A DNA stretch of 48,132 nt, taken from a virus (Duplodnaviria; Heunggongvirae; Uroviricota; Caudoviricetes). This document shows, piece by piece, positions 36,244-46,214 of this stretch. The notes under the pieces are model-generated. The model ran no database searches. It was not told the origin of the DNA and worked only from the letters and a program-made list of their open reading frames with translations. Both the position numbers and the translations under genes were made by a program. The number at the start of each line of letters is the position of its first letter. Position 1 is the stretch's first letter. Location of the stretch: the IMG/VR virus record IMGVR_UViG_3300042691_020576. The stretch is one strand, 5' to 3'.

Positions 36244-36599
36244 TAGCTTGATTTTTGATGTTCATAAAATAATCCTAACTCATCAGCTTTTTGGAACATT
36301 TCTGCAATTAAGCCAATATCCTTAATGCTAACACCTTCATTATCAATGAATTCAGCAAATTCCTCTGGATCAACAATCTTTTGATTTAAGTACCATGGCA
36401 TGATCACTTTCTTGTAAAAGGTATCATGTAGGTAGGAATCATTGTCCCAGTAGAATATATCTTTCTCATATGTCATTCCATAGTCTCTATAGGCTATGAA
36501 AGATGGCATGTGATAAGACTTAGTCTTTGGTTCAAAGAGTGCTGATAGTACGTAGGTGAGCTCTTTGCCCTCTACGATTAGTTCAAAATTACCATACAT
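36243..36599 (-). CDS. Hypothetical protein
   Basis: Overlapping start/stop. Confidence 0.55.
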   Translation of the reverse strand: MYGNFELIVEGKELTYVLSALFEPKTKSYHMPSFIAYRDYGMTYEKDIFYWDNDSYLHDTFYKKVIMPWYLNQKIVDPEEFAEFIDNEGVSIKDIGLIAEMFQKADELGLFYEHQKSS

Positions 36600-36601
36600 A
36601 A

Positions 36602-36994
36602 CTATTTGGTTTTTTCTGCTTTCGTTTTCTTGTCATGGCATTTCTCACACATCACTTGAAGATTGTCCTGTTCACAGAATAGACGATCTACAAATCCTGG
36701 AAGATCTGCTGAACAACTTAAACTACCTGCGGGAACAATATGGTCCACGTTAATATGCTTCTCTGGAAACCAATTCTTACATTCATTACATTGATATTCA
36801 AACTTTTGTCTCTTATTGGGTCCTTTATAGACTCTACGAGCTGCAAGCTTTGCTTGTAATATAGGTTTCCAAAATCTACTTTTCTGCCTAAGAGCGCTGC
36901 GTATGAATGACCAAAATCCACTTTCAGTCATTGTTCCAGCATTTCTAGTGCGGACCACTCTAGGCTTAGACACTCGTTTCTTTCTTGTTTTCAT
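36602..36994 (-). CDS. HNH endonuclease
   Basis: CxxC...VDHIVP...NLQVMCEKCHDKKT. Confidence 0.85.
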   Translation of the reverse strand: MKTRKKRVSKPRVVRTRNAGTMTESGFWSFIRSALRQKSRFWKPILQAKLAARRVYKGPNKRQKFEYQCNECKNWFPEKHINVDHIVPAGSLSCSADLPGFVDRLFCEQDNLQVMCEKCHDKKTKAEKTK

Positions 36995-37009
36995 ATGCTA
37001 TAATAAAAA

Positions 37010-37508
37010 GGGCTGTCACAAATTTATTCTATTTTTGTGAATTTAAGTAGTCAATTGCTGACTGTAAAATTGCAACATCATCTCTACATGCACCTAGTAA
37101 TTGATTACATTTTGCACATAGAAGACCTCTAACTTTTCCAGATGAATGGCAATGATCAATATATAATCCGCCATGTTTACTAACATCTTCATAAACATCA
37201 CCACAGATTTTACATTTTTTATTCTGTGAATGATGCATAGATTTTAGTTCATCTAATGTTAAGTTATAAGACTTGCGAAGTCTACGATTGAAAGCATTAT
37301 TGTAATTGTATGTCTGTTTTTTATGAGCAGACATACAATCTTTACAATAATGATGTTTACCAAACTTACCATTCTTGACATTATGGAAATCTGATAAAGA
37401 CTTTTCTATTTTACATTTACTACATGTTTTCATGCAGTAAATATATGTAACTTGTCGCAATTTTGTCACAAAAATATGTTAATGAATTGTTATAATTTGT
37501 GACAACCC
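37010..37508. repeat. 15-bp inverted repeat flanking the EndoVII gene, plus 9-bp direct repeat
   Basis: GGGCTGTCACAAATT (37010-37024) vs AATTTGTGACAACCC (37494-37508), one mismatch; TGTCACAAA at 37014 and 37464. Confidence 0.85.
37029..37469 (-). CDS. Endonuclease VII-family (probable free-standing homing) endonuclease; start GTG 37469 or ATG 37433
   Basis: CKIC...IDHCH..GKVRGLLCAKCNQLLG; N-terminal CxxC..CxxC; AT-rich. Confidence 0.8.
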   Translation of the reverse strand: MTKLRQVTYIYCMKTCSKCKIEKSLSDFHNVKNGKFGKHHYCKDCMSAHKKQTYNYNNAFNRRLRKSYNLTLDELKSMHHSQNKKCKICGDVYEDVSKHGGLYIDHCHSSGKVRGLLCAKCNQLLGACRDDVAILQSAIDYLNSQK

Positions 37509-37516
37509 TAGTTAAA

Positions 37517-38899
37517 TTAGTCCAAAGAAACGACTCTCTTGCTAATCTCTTTCTTTATATCATCAAGCTTCAGAACAATGTTGTTAATTTCTGCAGTTGA
37601 AATATGAGGGAGATTGAATGAATGTTTACTAGTTTCTGCTACAAAACCAGCTTTAGCTTTTTCAGCTAAGTCTTCCAATTCACGGATAGCATAATCTTCA
37701 TCCAGCTCCAGTGTGTCAAAGTCCAAATCATGCAAGATTTGTGTAGCTTCATCACGTGGAACAGTCATGATTGGTAAATACTCATAGCATCTACCCTTAA
37801 AATGACCAATACCAACCACCTTCATTGGGTTAATGAGGACTAAAACAGATTGGTCACCACATCCTACATAGTGAATCTCATTAGCAGTGAAATGTAAACC
37901 TGCAGCAGCACAATCCTGTGTGCTCCAATTACATTCTTCCATAGGCATGTTCACCACTCTGCCCACTCTGATGTCAAAAGTCTTGGTCCAATCATCTGTA
38001 AATCTGTTCTCAGCCATGTTTGGCAAGTCCAAATAAAGCTGTGTAAGATTACCGATCATCTTGTTATCACCAGTGGGATTATTAACAGTGGTGAGAACGT
38101 ACTCATTCTTTTCGTTCTGAATAACAAAATAATCATCTGGCTTCTTTTTCCATACAGCTTTAATCTTGTTGTAGGAATTGCTGACAAACTGAACCAACTC
38201 ATTGTCTGAACGAAGTGTTACTACGTTCCTCAATGCTACAAAGAAGCCCTGCTTGGTGATGCGGAAACTGTTCTCTGTCAAGAAACGATATAGCTCATTT
38301 GCCACCTCTGCACGTGGGTTAAGGCAACACCACATAAAGAAGCGCTTAAGCGATTGATACTTTTCATCTTCATTTAAAGCTGCTTGCAAATCTCCATTAG
38401 GACAATTTTCGTGGCTGTCTACAATACGAATGAATTCTTCCACAAGTAATTGAGGCAGGCTTCTGTTGATTCCTTTCAGATAAACAACATTGTCTTCCAC
38501 TCTGAAATCATTAGTATTCTTTAACACCTCAATGCCTTTTTGAATGGCTTTCATTTTACTCACTTGCTCTTCTTGCTTCTGTCTTTCAGCAACAAGTTCT
38601 GGAGTTGCTACAATAGCCAGAAGTTGTTTCTCAGAAGTTGCTTCTCTTGCTTCTTTGAAATCTTCTTCAGTAGCTTTCATTTTTGACAAAATGCTACCGT
38701 CTTGAAGAACAATTGTTAACACCTTGTTTACCAACTTGATTTTCTTGTAAGGCTTTTCACTTTCTCTTACTGGTGGAACAGAAGGTCCCTGTGTTTTTGA
38801 TAGCTCTTCTTGTAAGCGTTTCAGTTTCAGTTCTTCTTGTAACTCTTGGATTTGCTTTTGTCTTTTTGACTTGAACCAGTTCAAACTAAAAATACTCAT
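37517..38899 (-). CDS. rIIB: RIIB-like protein
   Basis: LKRFFMWCCLNP...LYRFL...ITKQGFFVA; CAAAGLH...VLINPMKVV...KGRCYEY; follows rIIA. Confidence 0.7.
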   Translation of the reverse strand: MSIFSLNWFKSKRQKQIQELQEELKLKRLQEELSKTQGPSVPPVRESEKPYKKIKLVNKVLTIVLQDGSILSKMKATEEDFKEAREATSEKQLLAIVATPELVAERQKQEEQVSKMKAIQKGIEVLKNTNDFRVEDNVVYLKGINRSLPQLLVEEFIRIVDSHENCPNGDLQAALNEDEKYQSLKRFFMWCCLNPRAEVANELYRFLTENSFRITKQGFFVALRNVVTLRSDNELVQFVSNSYNKIKAVWKKKPDDYFVIQNEKNEYVLTTVNNPTGDNKMIGNLTQLYLDLPNMAENRFTDDWTKTFDIRVGRVVNMPMEECNWSTQDCAAAGLHFTANEIHYVGCGDQSVLVLINPMKVVGIGHFKGRCYEYLPIMTVPRDEATQILHDLDFDTLELDEDYAIRELEDLAEKAKAGFVAETSKHSFNLPHISTAEINNIVLKLDDIKKEISKRVVSLD

Positions 38900-38916
38900 A
38901 CGATTGGGTTTTTAAG

Positions 38917-38942
38917 AAGGGGGAACTAGTCCCCCTTTTTTT
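38917..38942 (+). terminator. Hairpin with + strand T-tract between rIIA and rIIB
   Basis: AAGGGGGA-ACTAG-TCCCCCTT TTTTT. Confidence 0.65.
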
Positions 38943-38946
38943 GTGA

Positions 38947-41280
38947 TTAATCTTGATTTTCTAACACTTCTATTGTGTCTTCTGTTAATGTTTCTTGCAA
39001 AGGAGCATCTTCATTCAATACAATTTTGTAGTTCTCCCAATTAATTCTATGTTTATGATACTTCAAGAGATCTACTAATGCAGCCAACAAAACATTTTTT
39101 CTTTCAGAATTATAATGTGGAAGCTCTCCTAAAATTACGTTAATAAACGGAAACTTCTTAGAAATTTCTTCCACTTTTTTACAGTCATCATAGATGGAAG
39201 GATCGAAAGCATTCACTTCTTTAGCATAATCAATGATGATATTTCTAACATCATCGTTTACGTTTTTGAAATGTTTATCTCTATAACTCTCCATTCCATT
39301 AATCATCTCATGTAAACTTTTAGAAATGCTACAGAGTTCATTTTTTTCTGAGAACAAGTGTCTGTGTTCATACATCAGTTTATCAATTAGACAGGCTGTT
39401 GCTATTCTCTGAAAAGGCTTATTCTTTCCTTCCATAAATTTACTGAATGACATCAAGTTATGTAAATTGATTCCTTTTGCTACTTTCATCTCACGATCAC
39501 TAAGAACAGCAAAGCGAACTCTTGTTCCTTTTGTAGCTTTGTACCACTTGTCCATCTTTTCAACCTCCTCCTGACTACCATACACCAGGATAAAATTATT
39601 CTTGTGGAAGTTTTCCATCTGGAAAGTCTTACTCACCCATTTACAATTCTTACCATCTACCCAGCGTTCCAAATCTTCAGCCACTTTACAGATCATCTCA
39701 CCTTTCAGCTTGGTGCGTCTTACTGTTTGTCCTGAGGATGTAACCTTAACACGACTAACTGAAGGAGCTCTCATTGCTTTACGCATATCAATGAACTCTT
39801 GAGGAATCTCCAGCTTATCTATATCAATAAAATTGTCTGAGAGAAGCTTGACAATGTGCTGAAACTCTTTGATAACTTGTCTCCATTGATGCTTAGGATA
39901 TGCTCCTAATCCAATGATTCTGTGATAGTTATCATATTCACCACTTGTAAACTTTTTACCGTAAAGCTTAAATTCCTTTGTCTTCTTGACAATCATTGCT
40001 TCATTTGTGTAAGACCTCTGAAGATGCTTGATATAGTCTTTCATTATACCAGGCAATTTATCCCCACTGTAGATGTAAACTCTCTCTGGAAGACTCTTAA
40101 TTGCTGTAGGTCTGTAATAGTGCTTGGCCTGTCTTATTCTTTTACCATCTACAAAGAATTTAGGAGCATATTCATCTAAGACATACTCCTGAATCTTACC
40201 AAGTCTTTCTATATCAAAGAGTTCTATACCATCAAGCTTTGGTACAATCATCTTAACACTAGCATATTGCATTATATTACTAATGTCATATCTCCTTGAT
40301 TCTGATAGATTGACATAACGATAGCTACTTGTTAAATAATCAACTATTGTAGGAACGTCTTTACAATTTTCCACAGAGGCATTATACTTTTCGACAAAAT
40401 AATTAGCCATCAAGGATAACTTGTTGAGAATGATGTCTTTAGCTTCTTGTGTATATCTAATAGACTCTCGGTTTGGAGTGGGATAGATACCATCTGTAAG
40501 ACTGAAACGAAGTGCAACAGGAATGTAGATTCTAGAGATCTCCAGCTTATTGAAATCTAAAGGATAATACACATTATCCAAACAGATGTGTAAGCTTGAA
40601 TCACTAGCCAGTTCTGAAAATTGAAAATGTTCACTACGAATAATAGAGAAATCATTATCAATAGCTTCTGCATTGAAGTAAACATTCTCAAAATAAGCAA
40701 GCTGCTCTCTGATCTTGTTTCTGAATATGTAACGGTCACTGTAATCAATAGGAACAATCACCTTCACACCATTGCGTTCTGTAGTGGGAGTTTCATACAG
40801 AAGGTCAATTGTGTTCACATCTTCACCTTCATACATCATATACTTGCGCTCCATACCATCCTTACGACACACAAAGTAGAAGCTGGAAGAATATGCTAAT
40901 GGTGCCTTGAAACCTAAGCCCATCATACCTAACTCGTTAGCACTGTTACGTTTGGTAGACTTACCATATTTGCTGATAATATTCTTTACGTCTTCAGCAT
41001 CTAAACCAGTACCAAAATCTTCTACAGAGAACTCAAAGTTGTCCTCTTGGTTTTTTTGTAAGGAAACAATAATTGGTTCGTCCACACCAGCTCTTCTGTG
41101 ACTATCCAGTGCATTACTTGCACACTCACGGATAGTAGAGCCTATCGAATCTGAATAGAGATTCTTACTTAACATCTGCATCAAAATCTGAGCAGAATCT
41201 AAGTCTAGGGACATGCTAATTGATTCCTGTGTTTCGCCTTCTTGATGTACTAACGCTTCGGTTTGTTTTTCTAAAATCAT
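38947..41280 (-). CDS. rIIA: RIIA-like protein with N-terminal GHKL ATPase
   Basis: LYSD..GSTIRECASNALDSH, VEDFGTGL, YGKSTK...GMMGLGFK. Confidence 0.8.
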   Translation of the reverse strand: MILEKQTEALVHQEGETQESISMSLDLDSAQILMQMLSKNLYSDSIGSTIRECASNALDSHRRAGVDEPIIVSLQKNQEDNFEFSVEDFGTGLDAEDVKNIISKYGKSTKRNSANELGMMGLGFKAPLAYSSSFYFVCRKDGMERKYMMYEGEDVNTIDLLYETPTTERNGVKVIVPIDYSDRYIFRNKIREQLAYFENVYFNAEAIDNDFSIIRSEHFQFSELASDSSLHICLDNVYYPLDFNKLEISRIYIPVALRFSLTDGIYPTPNRESIRYTQEAKDIILNKLSLMANYFVEKYNASVENCKDVPTIVDYLTSSYRYVNLSESRRYDISNIMQYASVKMIVPKLDGIELFDIERLGKIQEYVLDEYAPKFFVDGKRIRQAKHYYRPTAIKSLPERVYIYSGDKLPGIMKDYIKHLQRSYTNEAMIVKKTKEFKLYGKKFTSGEYDNYHRIIGLGAYPKHQWRQVIKEFQHIVKLLSDNFIDIDKLEIPQEFIDMRKAMRAPSVSRVKVTSSGQTVRRTKLKGEMICKVAEDLERWVDGKNCKWVSKTFQMENFHKNNFILVYGSQEEVEKMDKWYKATKGTRVRFAVLSDREMKVAKGINLHNLMSFSKFMEGKNKPFQRIATACLIDKLMYEHRHLFSEKNELCSISKSLHEMINGMESYRDKHFKNVNDDVRNIIIDYAKEVNAFDPSIYDDCKKVEEISKKFPFINVILGELPHYNSERKNVLLAALVDLLKYHKHRINWENYKIVLNEDAPLQETLTEDTIEVLENQD

Positions 41281-41654
41281 GATTTGAGGAAATTTAACTT
41301 GATTAATGTTTCTTTTGCTTTAATGTATGCTTCATTTTTTTCTTCATCTGCAAACAGTAGGTCTGGTTCTTTTACCACCATCACTCTCCAATTACCCACT
41401 GTGTTTATGTAGGTTTTGTAGAGACTTTTGACAGTGAATCCTTTAGAGAATCTACGTCCCAAATAGGTGGTAGTATCAAGATTTAGTTTCCAGTCTTCAT
41501 AACTTTTTGCAGTGGCATTAACAACTGGAACTGTGTAAAACTGCAATGTGCTGTTACCAACACCTGTTCCTGCAACCCAACCATAATATAAATGGTTGTC
41601 ACAAGCAATGATTACAAAGTCTCCAATTTCTACTTTAAGACCGTTGATTTCCAT
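41277..41654 (-). CDS. Hypothetical protein
   Basis: Packed ORF. Confidence 0.55.
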   Translation of the reverse strand: MEINGLKVEIGDFVIIACDNHLYYGWVAGTGVGNSTLQFYTVPVVNATAKSYEDWKLNLDTTTYLGRRFSKGFTVKSLYKTYINTVGNWRVMVVKEPDLLFADEEKNEAYIKAKETLIKLNFLKS

Positions 41655-41657
41655 ATA

Positions 41658-41972
41658 TTATACTTTTTTTTCAAGTAACCAAATGTTTTTACGATTCAGA
41701 TCCACTCTCTTTTGATGATTGTATTCACCCTCGCACATATATGTCTTCTTTGTATATGTGTGCACTTTGTTAGCAAATTTGTATGTGTAAACTTTTGCTA
41801 CAAGTATCACTTCAAGTAAGAGTGATGTGTAGAAAGTTTCACCTGGATTTGCATAACTAGGTTGAGTTTTCATTGGTCTTGGATCTCTCATCACTCTTGC
41901 ACGCATAACATTACTGTTAGCACCAATGAGTATCTCATCACCTATCTTCAGATCTTCAATTTTGACTAGCAT
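41658..41972 (-). CDS. Hypothetical protein
   Basis: Start likely ATG 41972. Confidence 0.55.
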   Translation of the reverse strand: MLVKIEDLKIGDEILIGANSNVMRARVMRDPRPMKTQPSYANPGETFYTSLLLEVILVAKVYTYKFANKVHTYTKKTYMCEGEYNHQKRVDLNRKNIWLLEKKV

Positions 41973-41974
41973 AA

Positions 41975-42697
41975 TTAAAACGGGGCTTCTTCGCACAACC
42001 AGCTAATTTCATAACCGTTGTTCTGTTTAAGAATGTTGTTTACTTTCTTGAACACTCCTTCACTATCCCAGTCAGTATTCTTGTAAGCTGCTGATGCAGG
42101 GTGACTGAGTTTAAATGACCATGTAAAAGGTGCTACATACTTCTCATATTTTGCTGCTTCCTTACCTAGAAATATAATAGGTACGCCTGCTGTAGCAATC
42201 ATCTCTTCAAAGAAATACTTGGTGAAAGGTTCCCATAAAGCCATATGTGAGCCTGCCTTATTGATTTCTGTTGTAAGAGCTGCGTTAAGCATTAGTACAC
42301 CCTGGGAAGCTAGATAGCTTACGTCTGGAGTTTTATAATGCTTGAGATCTAGTCCATCATAGAGTTCTCTTTCAATAGCTCCATAGAACTGTTCCAGAGA
42401 GGGCTGCATCCTGTTTGTTACAGAACAACCCATGAGCAAACCATCTGCTACATATTCTCCTGTATAAGTCATTGTGTGATAGGGGCACATGCCTAGCAAT
42501 ATCACCTTGAGATTGGTTAGAGATGTTTCCTTGAAAGCTCTGTAAGTGTTTGCAGATAGAGGAGCAATCTTCTTCCCTCTTTTAGATTCCTTCTTGAGGA
42601 ATTCATAAATCTTGTCACACTCTTCGCTCTCAATAAAAGGTCTCACCTTATCATGCCAACTCTCATCAAACTTGTCACTGAATTTACTCCAATCCAT
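41975..42697 (-). CDS. ung: Family-1 uracil-DNA glycosylase with atypical motif A
   Basis: GMCPYH, QGVLMLN, SHPAS. Confidence 0.8.
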   Translation of the reverse strand: MDWSKFSDKFDESWHDKVRPFIESEECDKIYEFLKKESKRGKKIAPLSANTYRAFKETSLTNLKVILLGMCPYHTMTYTGEYVADGLLMGCSVTNRMQPSLEQFYGAIERELYDGLDLKHYKTPDVSYLASQGVLMLNAALTTEINKAGSHMALWEPFTKYFFEEMIATAGVPIIFLGKEAAKYEKYVAPFTWSFKLSHPASAAYKNTDWDSEGVFKKVNNILKQNNGYEISWLCEEAPF

Positions 42698-42908
42698 CTT
42701 GAAACATTTCTAACTGTTTAAACTTTGGTTTCTCTTCCTCAACCGATTCCTCTTGATCAGGATTGAGGGATATTCTTTTACCAAAAAATCTGGAAAGTGC
42801 CCCTTCCAGATTCTCGATAGAGATGCATTCTATTACATCTCCTTCACTTGTTTCCAACCATTCAATGTTGAAACCGATTTCTTTCTTGAGATTTTCTAAG
42901 TCCTTCAT
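42684..42908 (-). CDS. Hypothetical protein
   Basis: Packed ORF. Confidence 0.5.
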   Translation of the reverse strand: MKDLENLKKEIGFNIEWLETSEGDVIECISIENLEGALSRFFGKRISLNPDQEESVEEEKPKFKQLEMFQDGLE

Positions 42909-43909
42909 ATCAATTGTTTTTCTTTCAGATGAAACTCAACAGCTTTTAGTCCGTGAGCCTTGGCAAGATCTGCCCAGTCTTTGATACCTTCAGACAAATA
43001 CTTACGTGGGACGTTAGTATATTCAAAACCAAAGAGTTCTGTAATCTGTAGAGAATTCTTTACACCAGTTTCGTCACTATCAAAACTCAGTATCTGTCTA
43101 TCAGAGTTTGCTTTTAGATATTCAACATTACCATCAGAGAAACAACCCAATCCTTCGTTCTGGACAGCACAACAGCAAGGGAACACTTTCTTCATCACCA
43201 TATAGTCTTTCTTGGACTTATTAATGATGGCTATGCTACAATTAGTGATATCTTCCTTACCATCCATGGCTGTAATAGGAACATTGTTGGGGATCCATTT
43301 ACTTTTCTTATCAGCAAATGGGCGGTAGATTTTCCAATGTCCATCATAGAAATAACCAAATCTGAGCTCTGTGTCCTTCAGATGAAACAACTGCCTATTG
43401 AGATAGAGTTTCTTAATGGCATATATGTTGTTTGCTCTAAGATCATCAAGGCTCTGGTAATACTGGTTCCAATATGCCAATTCTTCGTTTGTAAACTTGC
43501 GTGTAACCACTTGTATAAGAGAGTAGCGCTTACCAACCTCTTCAGGCTGTTTGTACTCCTTGACGATTTGTTTATACTTTTCAGTGGAGGTATTGTTTGA
43601 AAACCCTAGTCCGAAATCTTTATCAATCATCTTCAGGACATCATCCATGGTACGTAGATTGAACAAAAGCTTTACGAACGTGAAACAATCACCTTTTTTA
43701 GAGGTGTCACCAAAGTCTATGAATGACAGAAAACCTCTCTTGTTACCTATTACGAAGGATGGGTTTCTCTCGTTTCTGAATGGAGATAGCGTAGCTTGAT
43801 TCACTTTCCAGGTTTTATCTGGCATGTAATATCTGAATATATCATACTCTGATATTTTCTTAAGCACCGCTTCAGGTGTGAGTCTCACCTTTATTTCTCC
43901 TGTAATCAT
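42905..43909 (-). CDS. DNA primase (crAss-like)
   Basis: SPFRNERNPSF...DFGD..GDCF; TOPRIM SFDSD; KDWAD. Confidence 0.75.
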   Translation of the reverse strand: MITGEIKVRLTPEAVLKKISEYDIFRYYMPDKTWKVNQATLSPFRNERNPSFVIGNKRGFLSFIDFGDTSKKGDCFTFVKLLFNLRTMDDVLKMIDKDFGLGFSNNTSTEKYKQIVKEYKQPEEVGKRYSLIQVVTRKFTNEELAYWNQYYQSLDDLRANNIYAIKKLYLNRQLFHLKDTELRFGYFYDGHWKIYRPFADKKSKWIPNNVPITAMDGKEDITNCSIAIINKSKKDYMVMKKVFPCCCAVQNEGLGCFSDGNVEYLKANSDRQILSFDSDETGVKNSLQITELFGFEYTNVPRKYLSEGIKDWADLAKAHGLKAVEFHLKEKQLI

Positions 43910-44286
43910 TTGTATTCTGTGTATTGTTTAACCTCGTTGGGTGAATTTGTCATTAGATTGATCTTTGTCTTCAGCTGATGACGCTGATCATTGAGAATAT
44001 ACACTGATCTTGCACAAGAAACAAACTCTTCATCAAACTTGCCTTGTCTTTCAAAATCACGAAGCTTATCCTCTATATCCCACAACTGAAGGTTTACGCC
44101 AATCAAGTCTTGATACAAATCACCCATAACAGGATTGATTATATAATCACTTACAAGTCGTAACAATGCTTGTTTTTCATTTTCTACTTTACCAAGCTTG
44201 TCTATATCTGTGATTTTTTTACTCTTGATGTGTAGGATGCTATATCTATCAATGAGCTCTCCTACACTAACTGTAAGTGTTACCAT
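43906..44286 (-). CDS. DUF6165-like protein
   Basis: SVGELIDRYSILHIK...VNLQLWDIED..R...VY..ND.R...K. Confidence 0.7.
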   Translation of the reverse strand: MVTLTVSVGELIDRYSILHIKSKKITDIDKLGKVENEKQALLRLVSDYIINPVMGDLYQDLIGVNLQLWDIEDKLRDFERQGKFDEEFVSCARSVYILNDQRHQLKTKINLMTNSPNEVKQYTEYK

Positions 44287-44291
44287 AACGC

Positions 44292-44327
44292 AAAAATAAA
44301 AGCCCCCACCATTTCTAGTGAGGGCTT
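44292..44327 (-). terminator. Intrinsic terminator
   Basis: AAGCCCUCACUA-GAAA-UGGUGGGGGCUU plus UUAUUUUU. Confidence 0.8.
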
Positions 44328-44342
44328 GTTAAGAATTATTGT

Positions 44343-45206
44343 TTAATAATCATCACCATCTGTTGTCAGAGGTGCATCAGAAGCTACCAGATTATCATCT
44401 GCATTGTATTCCTGAATATCACGCAGAGTATAATAGTCTTTGCAACCATACTCACCTGTAACAGTCAGAACAAAACGCTCATGAGGCTTCAGGTCTTTTG
44501 ATTTCTTAGCACGCAAACCGCTTTGAACAGTGGCACTATTGTAATCAACCAGACGGAAGTTCTTCAGATAATAGGCTGGAAGGAATGCCTTGTTGTAGAT
44601 GCTCTGATATTCCTTGGTTTCACCATCTTTCTCTTTTACAGATACAGTGGCTAACGCAACAACATTTACAGAATACGCACCATCAACCTGATCCTTCAGA
44701 TCCTTCACATTACCTTTCATCAGTTTCTTCCACTCAAGCTGTAACACTGTGCTTTCTTTAGCATAATCCAGTTCACCCAGCCATACACGGAGGAAGCTAT
44801 ACAAATCTTCTTCACCCATCTTGGCTACACGATACTCACGCTTCGTAAACCATTCAGGTAAATCATTCTCGTCAGCAGCCCACGTACAGCTACCAATGTT
44901 ATTGATATACTGCTTCTTGGTACCATCTTTGTTTTCACGATCTTTGTCTTCCAGGAAGAATGTAACCTTGAACTTGTCACCATTCTTAATTTCCTGCAGC
45001 CAAACATCAACACGCAAGAATGTATTATCATCCTTGCTTTTGCCTAAATACTCTGTTAACTTGCTTTCTGCTGGCAAATCCACACCTGTCATATCCTTGT
45101 ACTCTTCTGCAGATGGGTTGATAGCAATTACTTTTGCTTCAAATAAGCCAACTTTCTTACTTACTTCGGGTAGTGATTGTCGTTTTTCTCCTGAGATTCC
45201 GCTCAT
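44343..45206 (-). CDS. Putative ssDNA-binding/recombination protein
   Basis: Beta-rich, acidic tail TTDGDDY, in operon with AAA ATPase as in crAss-like phages. Confidence 0.45.
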   Translation of the reverse strand: MSGISGEKRQSLPEVSKKVGLFEAKVIAINPSAEEYKDMTGVDLPAESKLTEYLGKSKDDNTFLRVDVWLQEIKNGDKFKVTFFLEDKDRENKDGTKKQYINNIGSCTWAADENDLPEWFTKREYRVAKMGEEDLYSFLRVWLGELDYAKESTVLQLEWKKLMKGNVKDLKDQVDGAYSVNVVALATVSVKEKDGETKEYQSIYNKAFLPAYYLKNFRLVDYNSATVQSGLRAKKSKDLKPHERFVLTVTGEYGCKDYYTLRDIQEYNADDNLVASDAPLTTDGDDY

Positions 45207-45217
45207 TTTGTTTTGTT

Positions 45218-45499
45218 TTATTGTTTATTAAAGATTTTTTTCCAACGTTCGATTTCTCTCTTAGGATTGTTTACGTAAGCATACAGCTCTTCGATAGCTT
45301 CCTTTGCTGATCTAAAAGGTATGGTTTTACATCCTATTCTAATCATTGCTCCCACTGACAAGAATTCAATGAATATATTGTGTTGCTGTAACACTTCTTG
45401 ATCAGTGAGGGTTGGTAACCCTGATGGTACTGCTTCATCTATAGTAAGAGGATTTTGTCTTAATGTAGCTCCTTCGGGATTATACACTTGGTCACGCAT
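45218..45499 (-). CDS. Hypothetical protein
   Basis: Packed ORF. Confidence 0.5.
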   Translation of the reverse strand: MRDQVYNPEGATLRQNPLTIDEAVPSGLPTLTDQEVLQQHNIFIEFLSVGAMIRIGCKTIPFRSAKEAIEELYAYVNNPKREIERWKKIFNKQ

Positions 45500-45511
45500 A
45501 ATTTTTTGGTT

Positions 45512-46183
45512 TTATGAATAATACTCTTTTACTGTGTCTACTACCAGCTGCAGGTTGTTTGGAATCTTCACCTCTGCAAACATTCCATCAGGACTCTTAG
45601 CTGGATATTTCTTGAATCTGTTGGTTACGAAATAGTAACTTACAACACCTTCCTTGTTCTCTTCAACATGTGTGTACAAGCACACTGTAAGCAAACCTTC
45701 CAATAACACTTGGTTATCAATCAGCTTACCTGCAGTTTTGATTTTGTAACCCACAATATCACCACCATCTTCAATAGTTTCAGGGTGAGTGATATAGAAC
45801 ACTGTAATATCATCACGCAACTTACGAGCTTCTCTAAACATATCCACCATGTCTTTTGCCATCAGGCTAAACTTGGTGAAACCTGTTTCTGTAGCCTTTG
45901 CCACCATATTGAAACCCATGATGTAGTTACTGTCCTCAATTACAACATTCTTGATATGAGGAGCTTTTTCTGAAAGCGTCTTCAACAAGCGTGTGATTTC
46001 GTTTGCATCATCTACCTCTTTGTAATTCTTCTTCTCTGTGTTATACAGTTTTTCAGAACCTTTGAAAGGTAATTCTTTCTTTGCTACGTTAATGATGTAC
46101 GTTTCTTCTGGATTCAAATGCTTGATTGCTGTGGACTTACCTGTACCAGTTGGGCCCACAATACCGATTAATTTACTTGCCAT
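45512..46183 (-). CDS. AAA-family ATPase (Sak4/AAA_24-like)
   Basis: GPTGTGKST, VVIED, YITH, GKLID. Confidence 0.75.
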   Translation of the reverse strand: MASKLIGIVGPTGTGKSTAIKHLNPEETYIINVAKKELPFKGSEKLYNTEKKNYKEVDDANEITRLLKTLSEKAPHIKNVVIEDSNYIMGFNMVAKATETGFTKFSLMAKDMVDMFREARKLRDDITVFYITHPETIEDGGDIVGYKIKTAGKLIDNQVLLEGLLTVCLYTHVEENKEGVVSYYFVTNRFKKYPAKSPDGMFAEVKIPNNLQLVVDTVKEYYS

Positions 46184-46214
46184 TTTTCTTGTTTATTTAT
46201 GTAGTTTAGTGTGA

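Noticed and set aside
42905-43909. Inactive primase because of the missing TOPRIM Glu (NKSKKD)
   Set aside because: As I recall, similar xKSxKD variants are usual in this phage primase group; DxD is intact
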